From a virus: a DNA stretch of 64,000 nt. Numbering within the stretch: position 1 is the first letter of the stretch; each line of letters begins with the position of its first letter. Position numbers and translations under genes: made by a program. Positions 41,622-50,677 of this stretch are shown here, piece by piece. The DNA lies in the IMG/VR virus record IMGVR_UViG_2852409570_000001, positions 1,529 through 65,528 of that record, one strand, 5' to 3'. The notes below the pieces were generated by a model. That model was not told where the DNA came from. It ran no database searches and saw nothing but the letters and a program-made list of their open reading frames with translations.

Positions 41622-42376
41622 TTCTTAAACGCACCTTCTAACTTATCCAAGTATTGACCGATTTTGTCTTCTGCTGGATTTTCGTCTTTTAATTCATTTC
41701 TAATCTTGTCTATTTGAGCATTCATCAGGCTCAATTTAGCACGTCTTTCATCATCTATATTAGCTAACTTATCAAAGTCTCGAATAAGCGAAGACAAAGT
41801 GCTCATTGCTCTGGATTGAGCGTTTAGGAATGTGGCATGTTTGTCCCAAGCGAATTGGATTTCCCATTCTTCTTCAAATCCACCCTCTGTAACTTTATTC
41901 TTGCGTAGTTCCTTCGTCGTATCTTCTTGGTATCTAACAAACATCAATCGTTGTGCTCTAATAATAGCTGTGTATTGAATCGTTATGTTTTCCCATAACA
42001 TATCAATTGGATGCTTCTCCATGATTTCAGCAGCTAAATCCGCCACATCTTCTGGAAAGTGTTTGCGGAAAAATCCATGCGTCATAGCGTTATGGTTCCC
42101 TTTTGGAGCGCCATGACCCACAGCATTCTTATTACCCCATTTAGGGTTCTTGTTACCCGAATTACCCACCGCATTCTTATTGCCAAAGGGTGCACCTGTT
42201 TTCTTGGTTTGGGTGCACCCTTTTTCATCTTTTTGGTGCACCCTCTTTCGATTCCAACCATGCCTTTTTCTCCAGGACTTAATTGTATTAACACTAACCT
42301 CATATTTCTCAGCCAGTTCCTTATACTTCATACCTTGCATGTAATCTTCTTGAGCTAACTCATGTTTTTGTTTCAC
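41618..42376 (-). CDS. terS: Terminase small subunit (YqaS-like with HTH and GAPxGNxNA repeats)
   Basis: LAEKYEVSVNTIKSWRKRHGW; GAPFGNKNA / GAPKGNHNAMTHG. Confidence 0.9.
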   Translation of the reverse strand: MKQKHELAQEDYMQGMKYKELAEKYEVSVNTIKSWRKRHGWNRKRVHQKDEKGCTQTKKTGAPFGNKNAVGNSGNKNPKWGNKNAVGHGAPKGNHNAMTHGFFRKHFPEDVADLAAEIMEKHPIDMLWENITIQYTAIIRAQRLMFVRYQEDTTKELRKNKVTEGGFEEEWEIQFAWDKHATFLNAQSRAMSTLSSLIRDFDKLANIDDERRAKLSLMNAQIDKIRNELKDENPAEDKIGQYLDKLEGAFKK

Positions 42377-42396
42377 TTCATATCACCCACCACCTT

Positions 42397-42423
42397 CTAT
42401 ATTAATAGGATGAAACTCGTCAT
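42397..42423 (-). CDS. Putative 8-aa leader peptide upstream of terS
   Basis: GAGGAGGAG RBS then ATG ACG AGT TTC ATC CTA TTA ATA TAG (MTSFILLI). Confidence 0.4.
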   Translation of the reverse strand: MTSFILLI

Positions 42424-42732
42424 AACTCCTCCTCATGGTAATCCCAAATTTAGTATTGAAATTCTCTAAAACTCGATGTATTATATTTTTGTGTTTTTCT
42501 CAGTTCTCGAGCCGAGAATACATCATCACTTCTGAAAGGACCCGAACTCCAGCGGGTTCTTTTTATTTACTTGAACTCATTTTTGAATTGTTGTATTATA
42601 TTTTCGGGTCTTGCTCCATAAATCATTATCAGGAGAATCTGCAGGTTTGCAGGTTCTTTTTTTATTCCTCTTCTTGTAAATCTATTTATTTAAATGTAAA
42701 ATTGTAAATAAGTTCTAACATTTTGAATTGAG

Positions 42733-42939
42733 GTGAAAATCATGAGAAGTTTTGGCTCATTAATGATCTCCACTGTCTGTTCAGTACTTCTTGTAATTTG
42801 GAATGCCTATGAATTCTATAACGGATTCACAACAGGGCGCACATACTACTGGATTAATGGCATCGGAGCTGTTATCTTCCTTCTATTCTTTATCCTCAAC
42901 ATGCGCGATTTTAAAAAGAAAAACTACAGAACCTCATAA
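42733..42939 (+). CDS. Small two-TM membrane protein
   Basis: GTG start with GAGG RBS; ends KKKNYRTS. Confidence 0.75.
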   Translation: MKIMRSFGSLMISTVCSVLLVIWNAYEFYNGFTTGRTYYWINGIGAVIFLLFFILNMRDFKKKNYRTS

Positions 42940-42948
42940 CATTAGGAG

Positions 42949-43179
42949 TTGATACATATGTGGAAAAAAATCAATAATTACAAATATCATTTAAAAGATT
43001 TGAAATTTATGATTTGGCTATTCCCCATCATCGGTCTAATATATGCTTTTGATTTCTTCTATGGGCTAATGTTCCATCAAGAATTTTATTGGACTAAATT
43101 AATATTTATAGCAATTATGCTTATAGGATTTTTAGATATAAAAAAGAAAATTAGAAACAACGATTACAGAACAGACTGA
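42949..43179 (+). CDS. Small two-TM membrane protein, similar to the previous
   Basis: FY.G....YW pattern and NDYRTD end shared with 42733-42939. Confidence 0.75.
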   Translation: MIHMWKKINNYKYHLKDLKFMIWLFPIIGLIYAFDFFYGLMFHQEFYWTKLIFIAIMLIGFLDIKKKIRNNDYRTD

Positions 43180-43310
43180 ATCAACAAGCGTTCTTGAACT
43201 CATTTTCGAATCTTATTTATATAAATCATTATCAGGAGAATCTGCAGGTTTGCAGGTTCTTTTTTTATAAAATAAAAAAGCAGCTGTTAGGCTACTTAAA
43301 GTTCTTCTTA

Positions 43311-43586
43311 TCACCAAATAAAATGATATATATATTCTCCCGTTATACTTTCATCAACTCCTGCAACCCTAGCAAATCTCACCATGTCCGCCCCCTGAAT
43401 GAAATACATTGTTAGCATGACTGGCACCCGCGACCACATAACACGATAAAGCTCATTCACTCTTTGCCTAGTCGTAACAATTAAATCATTTGCAGGTCCA
43501 TTAATCCATGCAGTTGTCCTAACTGAAGTAAACGGAAGATTTATCCCATTAACAACTATTCTTGCCATACTTTTCGTTATATCCAC
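43311..43586 (-). CDS. Hypothetical protein
   Basis: GTG start, GAGGGG RBS, clean 91 aa ORF. Confidence 0.7.
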   Translation of the reverse strand: MDITKSMARIVVNGINLPFTSVRTTAWINGPANDLIVTTRQRVNELYRVMWSRVPVMLTMYFIQGADMVRFARVAGVDESITGEYIYHFIW

Positions 43587-43757
43587 ATCGATCCCCTCAT
43601 TCCAAGAATCAAATCTGTTACCATATTTACATAAGTATTCTTAACTATGAAAAATGTTTAAAGTGAATTCTTTATAAAATAAAAAAGCAGCGGATTCGCT
43701 ACTTTAACTGATTACTTATATTTCAAAATTCCTGCCGTAGCTGTTCATATTCCTCCA

Positions 43758-44342
43758 TCATAATTCCTCCTCTTTTAATTCTTTCGCTTTAGCATAAAGA
43801 GTAGAACGCGGAACTCCCGTCATTTTTGAAATATCATTTACACTCAAACCATTCTCTTTCCTATTAAAGAATAAGTTCATAGCCTGCTTCACCTGTTTTT
43901 CATCCTGCCCCTTACGCCCCATATGTTTGCCCATTGCTTTAGCTCTTTCTCTTCCTTCAGCTGTTCTTTCGTTAATTAAATCCCTTTCAAACTCAGCAAT
44001 AGCCCCTAACATAGTAAACATCAATTTACCTGCTGGTGTAGAAAAATCAATTTGTTCTTTAAGAAATACCACCGCTATTCCTCTATCAGCTAATTGATTT
44101 ACAATCTTATGCAAATCAAATATCGATCTAGCTAAACGATCTATTTTACAAACAACAAATTTATCCCCTTCTCTCATATACTCTAATGCCTTTTGTAATT
44201 CTTCCCGATCACTATTAGCTCCACTGTACTTTTCAGAATATATTTTTTCACATCCATATTCTGTTAACCTTTCAATTTGTGCATCTAAGTTTTGATCTTT
44301 TGTACTCACCCTTGCATAACCAACGATAGCCATCCAAATCAC
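43758..44342 (-). CDS. Small serine recombinase (resolvase/invertase)
   Basis: GYARVST, KIDRLARS, AEFERDLINERT, C-terminal HTH. Confidence 0.95.
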   Translation of the reverse strand: MIWMAIVGYARVSTKDQNLDAQIERLTEYGCEKIYSEKYSGANSDREELQKALEYMREGDKFVVCKIDRLARSIFDLHKIVNQLADRGIAVVFLKEQIDFSTPAGKLMFTMLGAIAEFERDLINERTAEGRERAKAMGKHMGRKGQDEKQVKQAMNLFFNRKENGLSVNDISKMTGVPRSTLYAKAKELKEEEL

Positions 44343-44344
44343 CT

Positions 44345-44480
44345 CAAAATAGTCTAAAAGTCTTAAGAATTATATACTTTTATTTTAGACTATCTTTTAG
44401 ACATTAACAACTATCTGTTTACAAAGTTTTTACCCTATACATTTCTACTGTACAAAAGGGTCAACTTTTAGACAGTTAAG
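44345..44480. promoter_or_regulatory. Putative res site upstream of resolvase
   Basis: Repeated TTTTAGAC/GTCTAAAA half-sites (ATAGTCTAAAA...TTTTAGACTAT). Confidence 0.55.
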
Positions 44481-44624
44481 TAGGACATTTATTTTCGTTC
44501 GTTGTGTTCGCTTGTTTTGTAAAATGTTAAATCCAATTGAAACTGCATCCTTCGGGTTAATAAGTACTAATTAAAAACATAACAAAAAAGAGTGCGTTTT
44601 TTCATCGCACTCTTTCAAAAGGCT

Positions 44625-44837
44625 TTACCAATCTTGATGCTCACCATGTCCATGTTCATGCTCACGATCGCGGTCATGATTACGTCTACGACGACACTCA
44701 TCACAATCGCAGTCACGTCTACAATGACAGTCGTTAAAATCGTTTCTTCTTCGTCTACGGCCGCAACCGCAAAATACTAAATCATCCCAAAATCTATTAC
44801 AATCTCGAGAATGTCCAAAATTATTATCCCATCCCAT
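44625..44837 (-). CDS. Small Cys/Arg/Asp/His-rich protein (spore-coat-like composition)
   Basis: CGCGRRRRR..DCHCRRDCDCDEC..HEHGH; GAGGAGG RBS. Confidence 0.65.
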   Translation of the reverse strand: MGWDNNFGHSRDCNRFWDDLVFCGCGRRRRRNDFNDCHCRRDCDCDECRRRRNHDRDREHEHGHGEHQDW

Positions 44838-44954
44838 AGATATGATTCCCTCCTCTAAAAATAGAATTCATCATATTCTATGATTAAAAGGTAGAAATAG
44901 TTTGTTTACTAGTCTATGTTTCAAAATAATAATATTTCAATTTGCAAGTCTATC

Positions 44955-45044
44955 TCACGTCTTATCTTTCCTTAACAGCAAACAAGACGCCACCCAGATC
45001 ACGGCAGCGCCTACGATAATTGCTATACACTTAATCAAAATCAT
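44955..45044 (-). CDS. 29-aa single-TM peptide (not in ORF track)
   Basis: MILIKCIAIIVGAAVIWVASCLLLRKDKT; GAGGA RBS. Confidence 0.55.
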   Translation of the reverse strand: MILIKCIAIIVGAAVIWVASCLLLRKDKT

Positions 45045-45055
45045 TTATCCTCACA

Positions 45056-45247
45056 TTATTTATTTCTTTGCTTCCATACCCCATTTTCTTTACGATAAGT
45101 ATTCTTGCCATCCATGAAGTCAGCTGTATTACCTGGAATACTATATTTCTTATTCTTTTTCTTAGCCTTCTTCTTCATCCTTTTCTCTTCTTGAACAGCT
45201 TGCAAATCCGCCTTCCATTGTTTCAACAAATCCTTTTCACGTCGCAT
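45056..45247 (-). CDS. Small basic hypothetical phage protein
   Basis: 63 aa K-rich ORF co-oriented with neighbours. Confidence 0.65.
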   Translation of the reverse strand: MRREKDLLKQWKADLQAVQEEKRMKKKAKKKNKKYSIPGNTADFMDGKNTYRKENGVWKQRNK

Positions 45248-45411
45248 CGAATTTGTACCCCTTGGATTAAAATGTAAACCAAGTAATTAGATTCTACCTA
45301 TTTATATAGAATCCTCCTAACCAAATGTCCATTTTGTTCAAATTCACATTTAATGTGTAATTTATATATAACAAAGAAAAGTGCACCCATTATGGATGCA
45401 CTTTTCTTTAT

Positions 45412-45867
45412 TTATAGCATTGTGTATATACGTTCAATTTTATTTGTAAAGGAATCTACCTTGCCGGCTTTAGAATCTTCTAAGCTATCCAGTTTGATTC
45501 TTTTTCCATTATTAAATCCAATTTCAATTGCTTTCGCATGCAGAAAATATGTATCATCTAGGTGTAAAATCTTAATTTCGTTTATATTTTGGTACTTCAT
45601 TCTAGTAATCGTGACGAATTCTTTTTTATTTTCATCCTTAACACTTTCTCCGATAACAACTTCATTTTTGAAGAAGAAGTACAATTTGTAAGTTTTTTCT
45701 TGATCGTACATGTTTTGTGGATAGAATACATGAAATTCCTTATCATAATCATGAAATTGAGACACGCCTTTTAGAATATCTCTAAGTTCTGCTTCTCGGT
45801 CCTTTATCATTGCTTGACCAATACAAGTTTCAATAGTAAAAGAATCATTAACTTCTACGCTTTTCAT
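45412..45867 (-). CDS. Hypothetical protein
   Basis: 151 aa ORF with GGGGGA RBS. Confidence 0.75.
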   Translation of the reverse strand: MKSVEVNDSFTIETCIGQAMIKDREAELRDILKGVSQFHDYDKEFHVFYPQNMYDQEKTYKLYFFFKNEVVIGESVKDENKKEFVTITRMKYQNINEIKILHLDDTYFLHAKAIEIGFNNGKRIKLDSLEDSKAGKVDSFTNKIERIYTML

Positions 45868-45929
45868 ACTACATTCCCCCTTTGGATATTTGTGCTAACC
45901 ACCTTTATTTATTCGACAATTGACAACAA

Positions 45930-46740
45930 TATCCTTTTATAAAAAAAGCCATCACCGGAGTGACAGCTTTCTTTCAAGGGGATGGAAGAAACATTTACGA
46001 AAGGGAAATTTCGCAATCATTTTAAGGCTGATTACTCTCAACCTTCTCCAAGCCACCGCATCATGTAATTTTTTAGCTCTTATTAGCTACGCGCTTTACG
46101 TTCGGTGGCTAGGAAAAGACTAAGAATCTTCTCGTTTATACTCCGTAGAGCTGGTCAATATATCGGCTGTCGCATGGCCTTAGCTGATTAAATCGTTTAT
46201 ACAATAATTTATATCCAAGACGTATATGTTTCTTCCGACGCCTTGTTTGAACCAATACACTAGAGGGACGGAAGGGGAATGTTTCCGCTGTATTGGCTCA
46301 AACAAAGAGTGGAACTCTTTGCCCTCGTTTTGGTCATTAATAAGAATCTTGAGTAATTACTAATGTACGAGATACGTATACTTTTTAGCTTTTTAGAATG
46401 CAAGTGTCACTCAATCATGAGCAACCACCCCCATTTCATTTTCAAGAACCGACATATTAGAGAGAAATAGACTTATATTTATTATCAACCCAGAGGACGC
46501 ATTCTGAGCTGATTGATAAATACAATAGAAACAGCATGACAAATGCGAGTTATCTCACACCCGCCATACTGAAATATGTCATTGTTATACATTCATTGGT
46601 CTTTTCGTCTTAACGCGGGTTCTTACCGCCTTGCCCGCCCTACCATGCGGTATACGTTAACGTGACATTCTCGCATAAGAACGTTTCACTTATAGGTGTA
46701 CTAATCCTCTTCGATATGCGGTTGTCAAAGGGCTTGTACA
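45930..46740 (-). ncRNA. Long structured non-coding leader downstream of the putative late promoter
   Basis: No convincing ORF; 17-bp stem 46243-46305 pairs fully only on the - strand; ends in hairpin plus U-run near 45940. Confidence 0.45.
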
Positions 46741-46744
46741 TTAA

Positions 46745-46812
46745 GAATACCGTTGATTTCATTATCAAAATTCCCCCTATTTAGTCCCCATTTTTGTCGG
46801 TATTTTGTCGAA
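46745..46812 (-). promoter_or_regulatory. Putative ArpU-dependent late promoter region
   Basis: CGACAAAA direct repeats (46792-46810) followed by a TGATAAT -10; analogous to RinA/ArpU-type targets. Confidence 0.5.
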
Positions 46813-46940
46813 GTTTTAAAAAACATAAACATTCCAATTTATTATATTTTTTCTTTTTTTGATAATATTTGTATCCAGTTCAGGTGATAATATCATATAA
46901 TTAAGCTATTATAATTTTATAAAAGCAAGGATGGTTAGAC

Positions 46941-47279
46941 ATGACGGTACAACAAGAAAAAGTAACAAAGCGCGTGGTTTGTAGGAAATGCAAATCAGAT
47001 CAAATAGTCGGTAATAAGCGTGGTTATAATTTCAAAAGGGCGTTTTTTATTCTGTTTCTTCTGTTAGGTACACTTATAACTATTGGAATAGTTTCTAATT
47101 TTTTATATGTTATAGTTCCTCGAAATTCTATGGATGGAGTTGTTGGACTTTCTGCAATTGTTGGTCTTCTTATTGTACTTCTAGGACCACCGATAATTTT
47201 ATTCAGTGGATTTGTTGGTAGAAAAAATATTGTTAATGGTTGCATGAATTGCGGACATACATGGATGCCTAAAAAATAA
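46941..47279 (+). CDS. Membrane protein with two Cys-x2-Cys pairs (moron)
   Basis: CRKC...two TM...CMNC; opposite orientation to the phage operon. Confidence 0.8.
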   Translation: MTVQQEKVTKRVVCRKCKSDQIVGNKRGYNFKRAFFILFLLLGTLITIGIVSNFLYVIVPRNSMDGVVGLSAIVGLLIVLLGPPIILFSGFVGRKNIVNGCMNCGHTWMPKK

Positions 47280-47337
47280 AACATAAAAAGCCAAATGGAT
47301 AGTTAATTAAAAACTGTTAATTTGGCTTTTTTTATTA

Positions 47338-47724
47338 TTAAATCATCCCTAAAGATGTAGCGATCAATCGAATTGCATTTTTCTTCTTATAATAGAAGTG
47401 ATCTTTCTTCATCGATAATTCAGTGTAAATAAAGCTGTCTTTCGGCTTATCTGCATTTAAGTATTTCTTCTTGATGATTTCTGCCTCGTCATAGTCTAAA
47501 ACGTACCCTAAAGCCTTATCGATCTGCTTGAACTTGATATTGCTAATATATCTCGTGTCTCTAATCTCCGGGAACAAACTGATTCCTTCGTGTTTTAACT
47601 CCACTTCATTCTCAAAACGCGTTTTCAATGCGCGGTATTCCTTTAGTATTTTCACTACTTCTTTCTGAACCTGTTTTTCTGTCTCTCTATCAATAGTCGG
47701 TAATAATGTTAATTGTCTCTCCAT
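47338..47724 (-). CDS. arpU: ArpU-family transcriptional activator
   Basis: LKEYRALK, IIKKKYL, FYYKKKNAIRLIATSLGMI. Confidence 0.9.
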   Translation of the reverse strand: MERQLTLLPTIDRETEKQVQKEVVKILKEYRALKTRFENEVELKHEGISLFPEIRDTRYISNIKFKQIDKALGYVLDYDEAEIIKKKYLNADKPKDSFIYTELSMKKDHFYYKKKNAIRLIATSLGMI

Positions 47725-47862
47725 GAAGGAATCCCCCTATTTCTGAATTTGTCTTTTTACATTCACATCAGGTACGTGAAATTTTACTATCTCTTTGTTG
47801 AATAAGGGAAACATGCATAGCGAATAGTCCCCACCATCCACCTTGCAAGGTTCCGTTATCCA

Positions 47863-48492
47863 TTAAACTCTTAATAATTTACATTTCTTGTTGGCCATCT
47901 TCTCTTTTGCTGCTTCAATATTATTCGCTACCTTTTGATAGTCCTGATCAAATTGAATCATTCCATCAAACATGACTGGTGCTACTACTTCGTCAACATA
48001 TTGCAAGTAATCAATCGGCGCTCGTTCTGTCTGTTCTACTAAGTATCCATAAATATCAAAGTCTGCTCTTGGTATAGACTTCTTGCCTTTTGGTTGATGA
48101 GACATCCTTACATAAGATTGAATGACTGATAGTGGCACTGCGAATACTGACTTATCCTTACTGAATTCTATAAGGAAGAAACATACTGCCCCCATCTTCT
48201 CCGCTTTCTCCAAGTAATCCAATTGATGCTGTGCAATGTTCTTTAAATCAAAACGTGTATCTTTCTCTGTAGACTTCGCTTCAAATGCGATAGCTCGTCC
48301 CTTATACACGCCGTCATAGTCTACTGTGCTCTTTGCTTCATAGAATCCATTTAGTACACGACCACTTTTGCTCTTTAACACCTTCACAGGAGTCGGACGC
48401 TTGTTTATAAGCGCCACTCCCCCTCTTTGATACATTTCATTCGCTAGATTGATAAGCATTTCAAATGCCATCCCACGGTTTCCTAGCCCCAT
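47863..48492 (-). CDS. recU: RecU Holliday junction resolvase
   Basis: NRGMAFE, KRPTPV, STVDYDGVYKGRAIAFEAKST. Confidence 0.93.
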   Translation of the reverse strand: MGLGNRGMAFEMLINLANEMYQRGGVALINKRPTPVKVLKSKSGRVLNGFYEAKSTVDYDGVYKGRAIAFEAKSTEKDTRFDLKNIAQHQLDYLEKAEKMGAVCFFLIEFSKDKSVFAVPLSVIQSYVRMSHQPKGKKSIPRADFDIYGYLVEQTERAPIDYLQYVDEVVAPVMFDGMIQFDQDYQKVANNIEAAKEKMANKKCKLLRV

Positions 48493-48514
48493 TGTTATTC
48501 CCCACTTTCTATTA

Positions 48515-49790
48515 AAAGGATTATTTTGTTGAATTTTTTACTACCAATCACCGAAAATATCTTATAATCTTTATATACAAACTTATTTTTAGGAGTAGAT
48601 AGAATGCCAGTTACACTTGAACTTATTCTTTTCATTCTTATAGCAATTAGTGCTGTTGGCTATTTGATAAAAGAATCTCAAAAAACTAAGAAAAGAACCC
48701 TTGGAATTTCACTAGAACTTTTAATTCTTTTCTGGTCAATATGGAGAATATCGACTATCATAATCCAAATTTCAGAATATAATCTCTCGTGAATAAAATT
48801 CAATATTCCGTCAATACTGTATATGACATCAGATTTTCTCCTTGTTCCCCCTTGGAGAACCGAGCAGTTAGCTTTTGCTAGCTGCTTTTAATTCGTAAGA
48901 AGCACTCAATTAACTGGAATCACATATAATATTCTGATTTCCTTTCTCTATAAAATAGTCGTTATAAAATGAGACTCGTCACGAGAGCACTTTACTAAGT
49001 GCTCTTTTTATATTCCAACCTAATACAAAATGAAGTTTTTATATAAAGTTTTCTCAATATCTACAACCTGGAAATAAATTACCTTTTATGGTAATATATT
49101 GGTAATCCCATAAAGTTCTATTGTTCCATTAAAAAGGACCCCTACCCCTTTTCCGGGTCCTTTTTCAACGTTTTCTACTAAAATAGCGTTTTTTTATTCA
49201 AATTGATGCCCTGCTCATTTGGGCACATTTACCAGTATTTTTACCAAAAAATTCATGATATTGTTAATTAGTCGAGTACGTCATTACTTGACGATTACCC
49301 TTAGGGGCTCCCCAGACAAATGGGGCTCCTTTTATTCAAATAACTATTTTGTTTAAATTTCATTAACCTTATTGATTCCTTTACATACAGTATTATCACA
49401 AGAAATTCAATAAGTGCTCCGGTCTAGTTATCTTGAATTTCTTGCAAATCTTGTGGGAAGAATCCGTTTATAACAAACGGGTTCTTTTATTTATTCATCA
49501 TAAAATAACTATTTTGTTCACTTTTTTGATACATTTACGAAACATTTATGTGTTATCTTCAGTAAGTTCTTTTCTTTTCATAAAATTGTGTGAGTTATAC
49601 CGACACAAGAAGCCCTAGATCCCTAAATCTAGGGCTCCTTCGTTTAAATAACTATTTTGTTCACTTTGTTGTATAGACAACTATATATTTAGATGTTAAA
49701 ATATTATTGTGATTCCCACTTGGTTTCACATACGACTTTTTTTCTTCGATTATGGGGTTCTTACGTAATAGTAAGGACCATTTTTTTATT
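48515..49790 (+). repeat. Tandem array of ~150-bp units: AAATAACTATTTTGTT boundary, promoter-like sequence, short hairpin, terminator
   Basis: Boundary motif at 49338, 49503, 49646 (exact) and 48515, 49181 (degenerate); seven + strand terminators at ~48862, 48983, 49131, 49304, 49458, 49609, 49756. Confidence 0.8.
48604..48792 (+). CDS. Small two-TM peptide (moron)
   Basis: AGGAG RBS; two hydrophobic segments. Confidence 0.7.
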   Translation: MPVTLELILFILIAISAVGYLIKESQKTKKRTLGISLELLILFWSIWRISTIIIQISEYNLS

Positions 49791-49936
49791 TAGTTCCCCT
49801 AGCCAGTAAATCTGAAGCCCATATTTCTTTCTGATTCCAATAATCCCAACGTTTCTACTGACGCTATGACGCCTACTGGTGCCTCGTTCAATCAAATGAG
49901 TTTCTGCCCTTTAAATACGTCATAACGCTATGTCTC

Positions 49937-50200
49937 CTAATCCAAATTCATTATCTCTTCTAAGCTTCTATCAGAAATATACGTGGTGATAATCTGTATC
50001 TTTCCGTATTTTCTTTTAACCATTTCTATAGCTTCGCTCTCGGACTTCGCCTCAAACCAACGAAGCTTCCACTTCTCGTCTTTGTCGTAAAACTCTACTG
50101 AGTACGTCATAACGCTATTACGCTTCAAAAATTTATCCACGGTACTTGTTGCGGTATAATCAAAACTTCCGACTACATCCTCCAATGTTAGTTGTTTCAT
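49937..50200 (-). CDS. Hypothetical early phage protein
   Basis: Coupled to upstream ORF; MKQLTLEDVVGSFDY. Confidence 0.75.
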   Translation of the reverse strand: MKQLTLEDVVGSFDYTATSTVDKFLKRNSVMTYSVEFYDKDEKWKLRWFEAKSESEAIEMVKRKYGKIQIITTYISDRSLEEIMNLD

Positions 50201-50487
50201 GCCCCTAACCCCATTGGACGCGATTTGATTTTGTTCTTATCTGCCTGATCCATAATTAATGCGGCGATTTCTAGTTGATGCCTTCCTAACTCTTTTGCTA
50301 TTTCAAGAATATCTTTATCCTCATCCCACATTTCTCTTAATTGAATCACTTCGCTTTCATCAAACACTAAATCCAACTCTTCTAAAGCGATATATAAGTT
50401 ACGACGCGACTTCTTCATGTACTTTCCCTGCTGCAACGCCATTGTGTAATTCTCCTTTTCCAAATCCGTTCCAAGTCGTGGCATCCC
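50197..50487 (-). CDS. HTH-like early phage protein
   Basis: Probable start MPRLGTD; LYIALEELDL..IAKELGRHQLEIAALIMDQA. Confidence 0.7.
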   Translation of the reverse strand, partial: GMPRLGTDLEKENYTMALQQGKYMKKSRRNLYIALEELDLVFDESEVIQLREMWDEDKDILEIAKELGRHQLEIAALIMDQADKNKIKSRPMGLGA

Positions 50488-50662
50488 ATTTCCCCTCCAG
50501 TTGTAATTGATGAATTTCTCGTAACTCCGCCATAACGGCATGACGTCTTCTATCCACTTCTTCAGGACTGCGATTCCCTGCTTCGCAAATACACGGTGCA
50601 AATTGATAGCAGCCATTCCCCATATCGTTCCTAATTACTCCCGTTCCTTCGCATACACACAT
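50399..50662 (-). CDS. Small Cys-containing early phage protein
   Basis: MCVCEGTG...PCIC directly after the helicase-loader gene. Confidence 0.55.
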   Translation of the reverse strand: MCVCEGTGVIRNDMGNGCYQFAPCICEAGNRSPEEVDRRRHAVMAELREIHQLQLEGKWDATTWNGFGKGELHNGVAAGKVHEEVAS

Positions 50663-50677
50663 CGTTTATTCCCCCTT

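Larger units (their letters stand above)
42618..43266 (+). repeat. ~46-bp direct repeat (includes terminator) flanking a two-gene moron
   Basis: ATAAATCATTATCAGGAGAATCTGCAGGTTTGCAGGTTCTTTTT at 42618-42663 and 43221-43266; CTTGAACTCATTTT also repeated upstream of both. Confidence 0.9.

Noticed and set aside
24455-42358. Numerous + strand ORFs of 60-130 aa opposite the structural genes
   Set aside because: They are antisense shadows of well-supported - strand phage genes and have no RBS or domain signature.
43758-44342. Resolvase as the prophage integrase or part of a Tn3 transposon
   Set aside because: At 194 aa it lacks the large recombinase and zinc-ribbon domains, and there is no Tn3 transposase or 38-bp terminal IR.
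48515-49790. CRISPR or RNA anti-CRISPR (solitary repeat) interpretation
   Set aside because: The boundary motif is only ~16 bp, the units are ~150 bp with their own terminators, and I saw no match to typical type I-B/I-C repeat ends.
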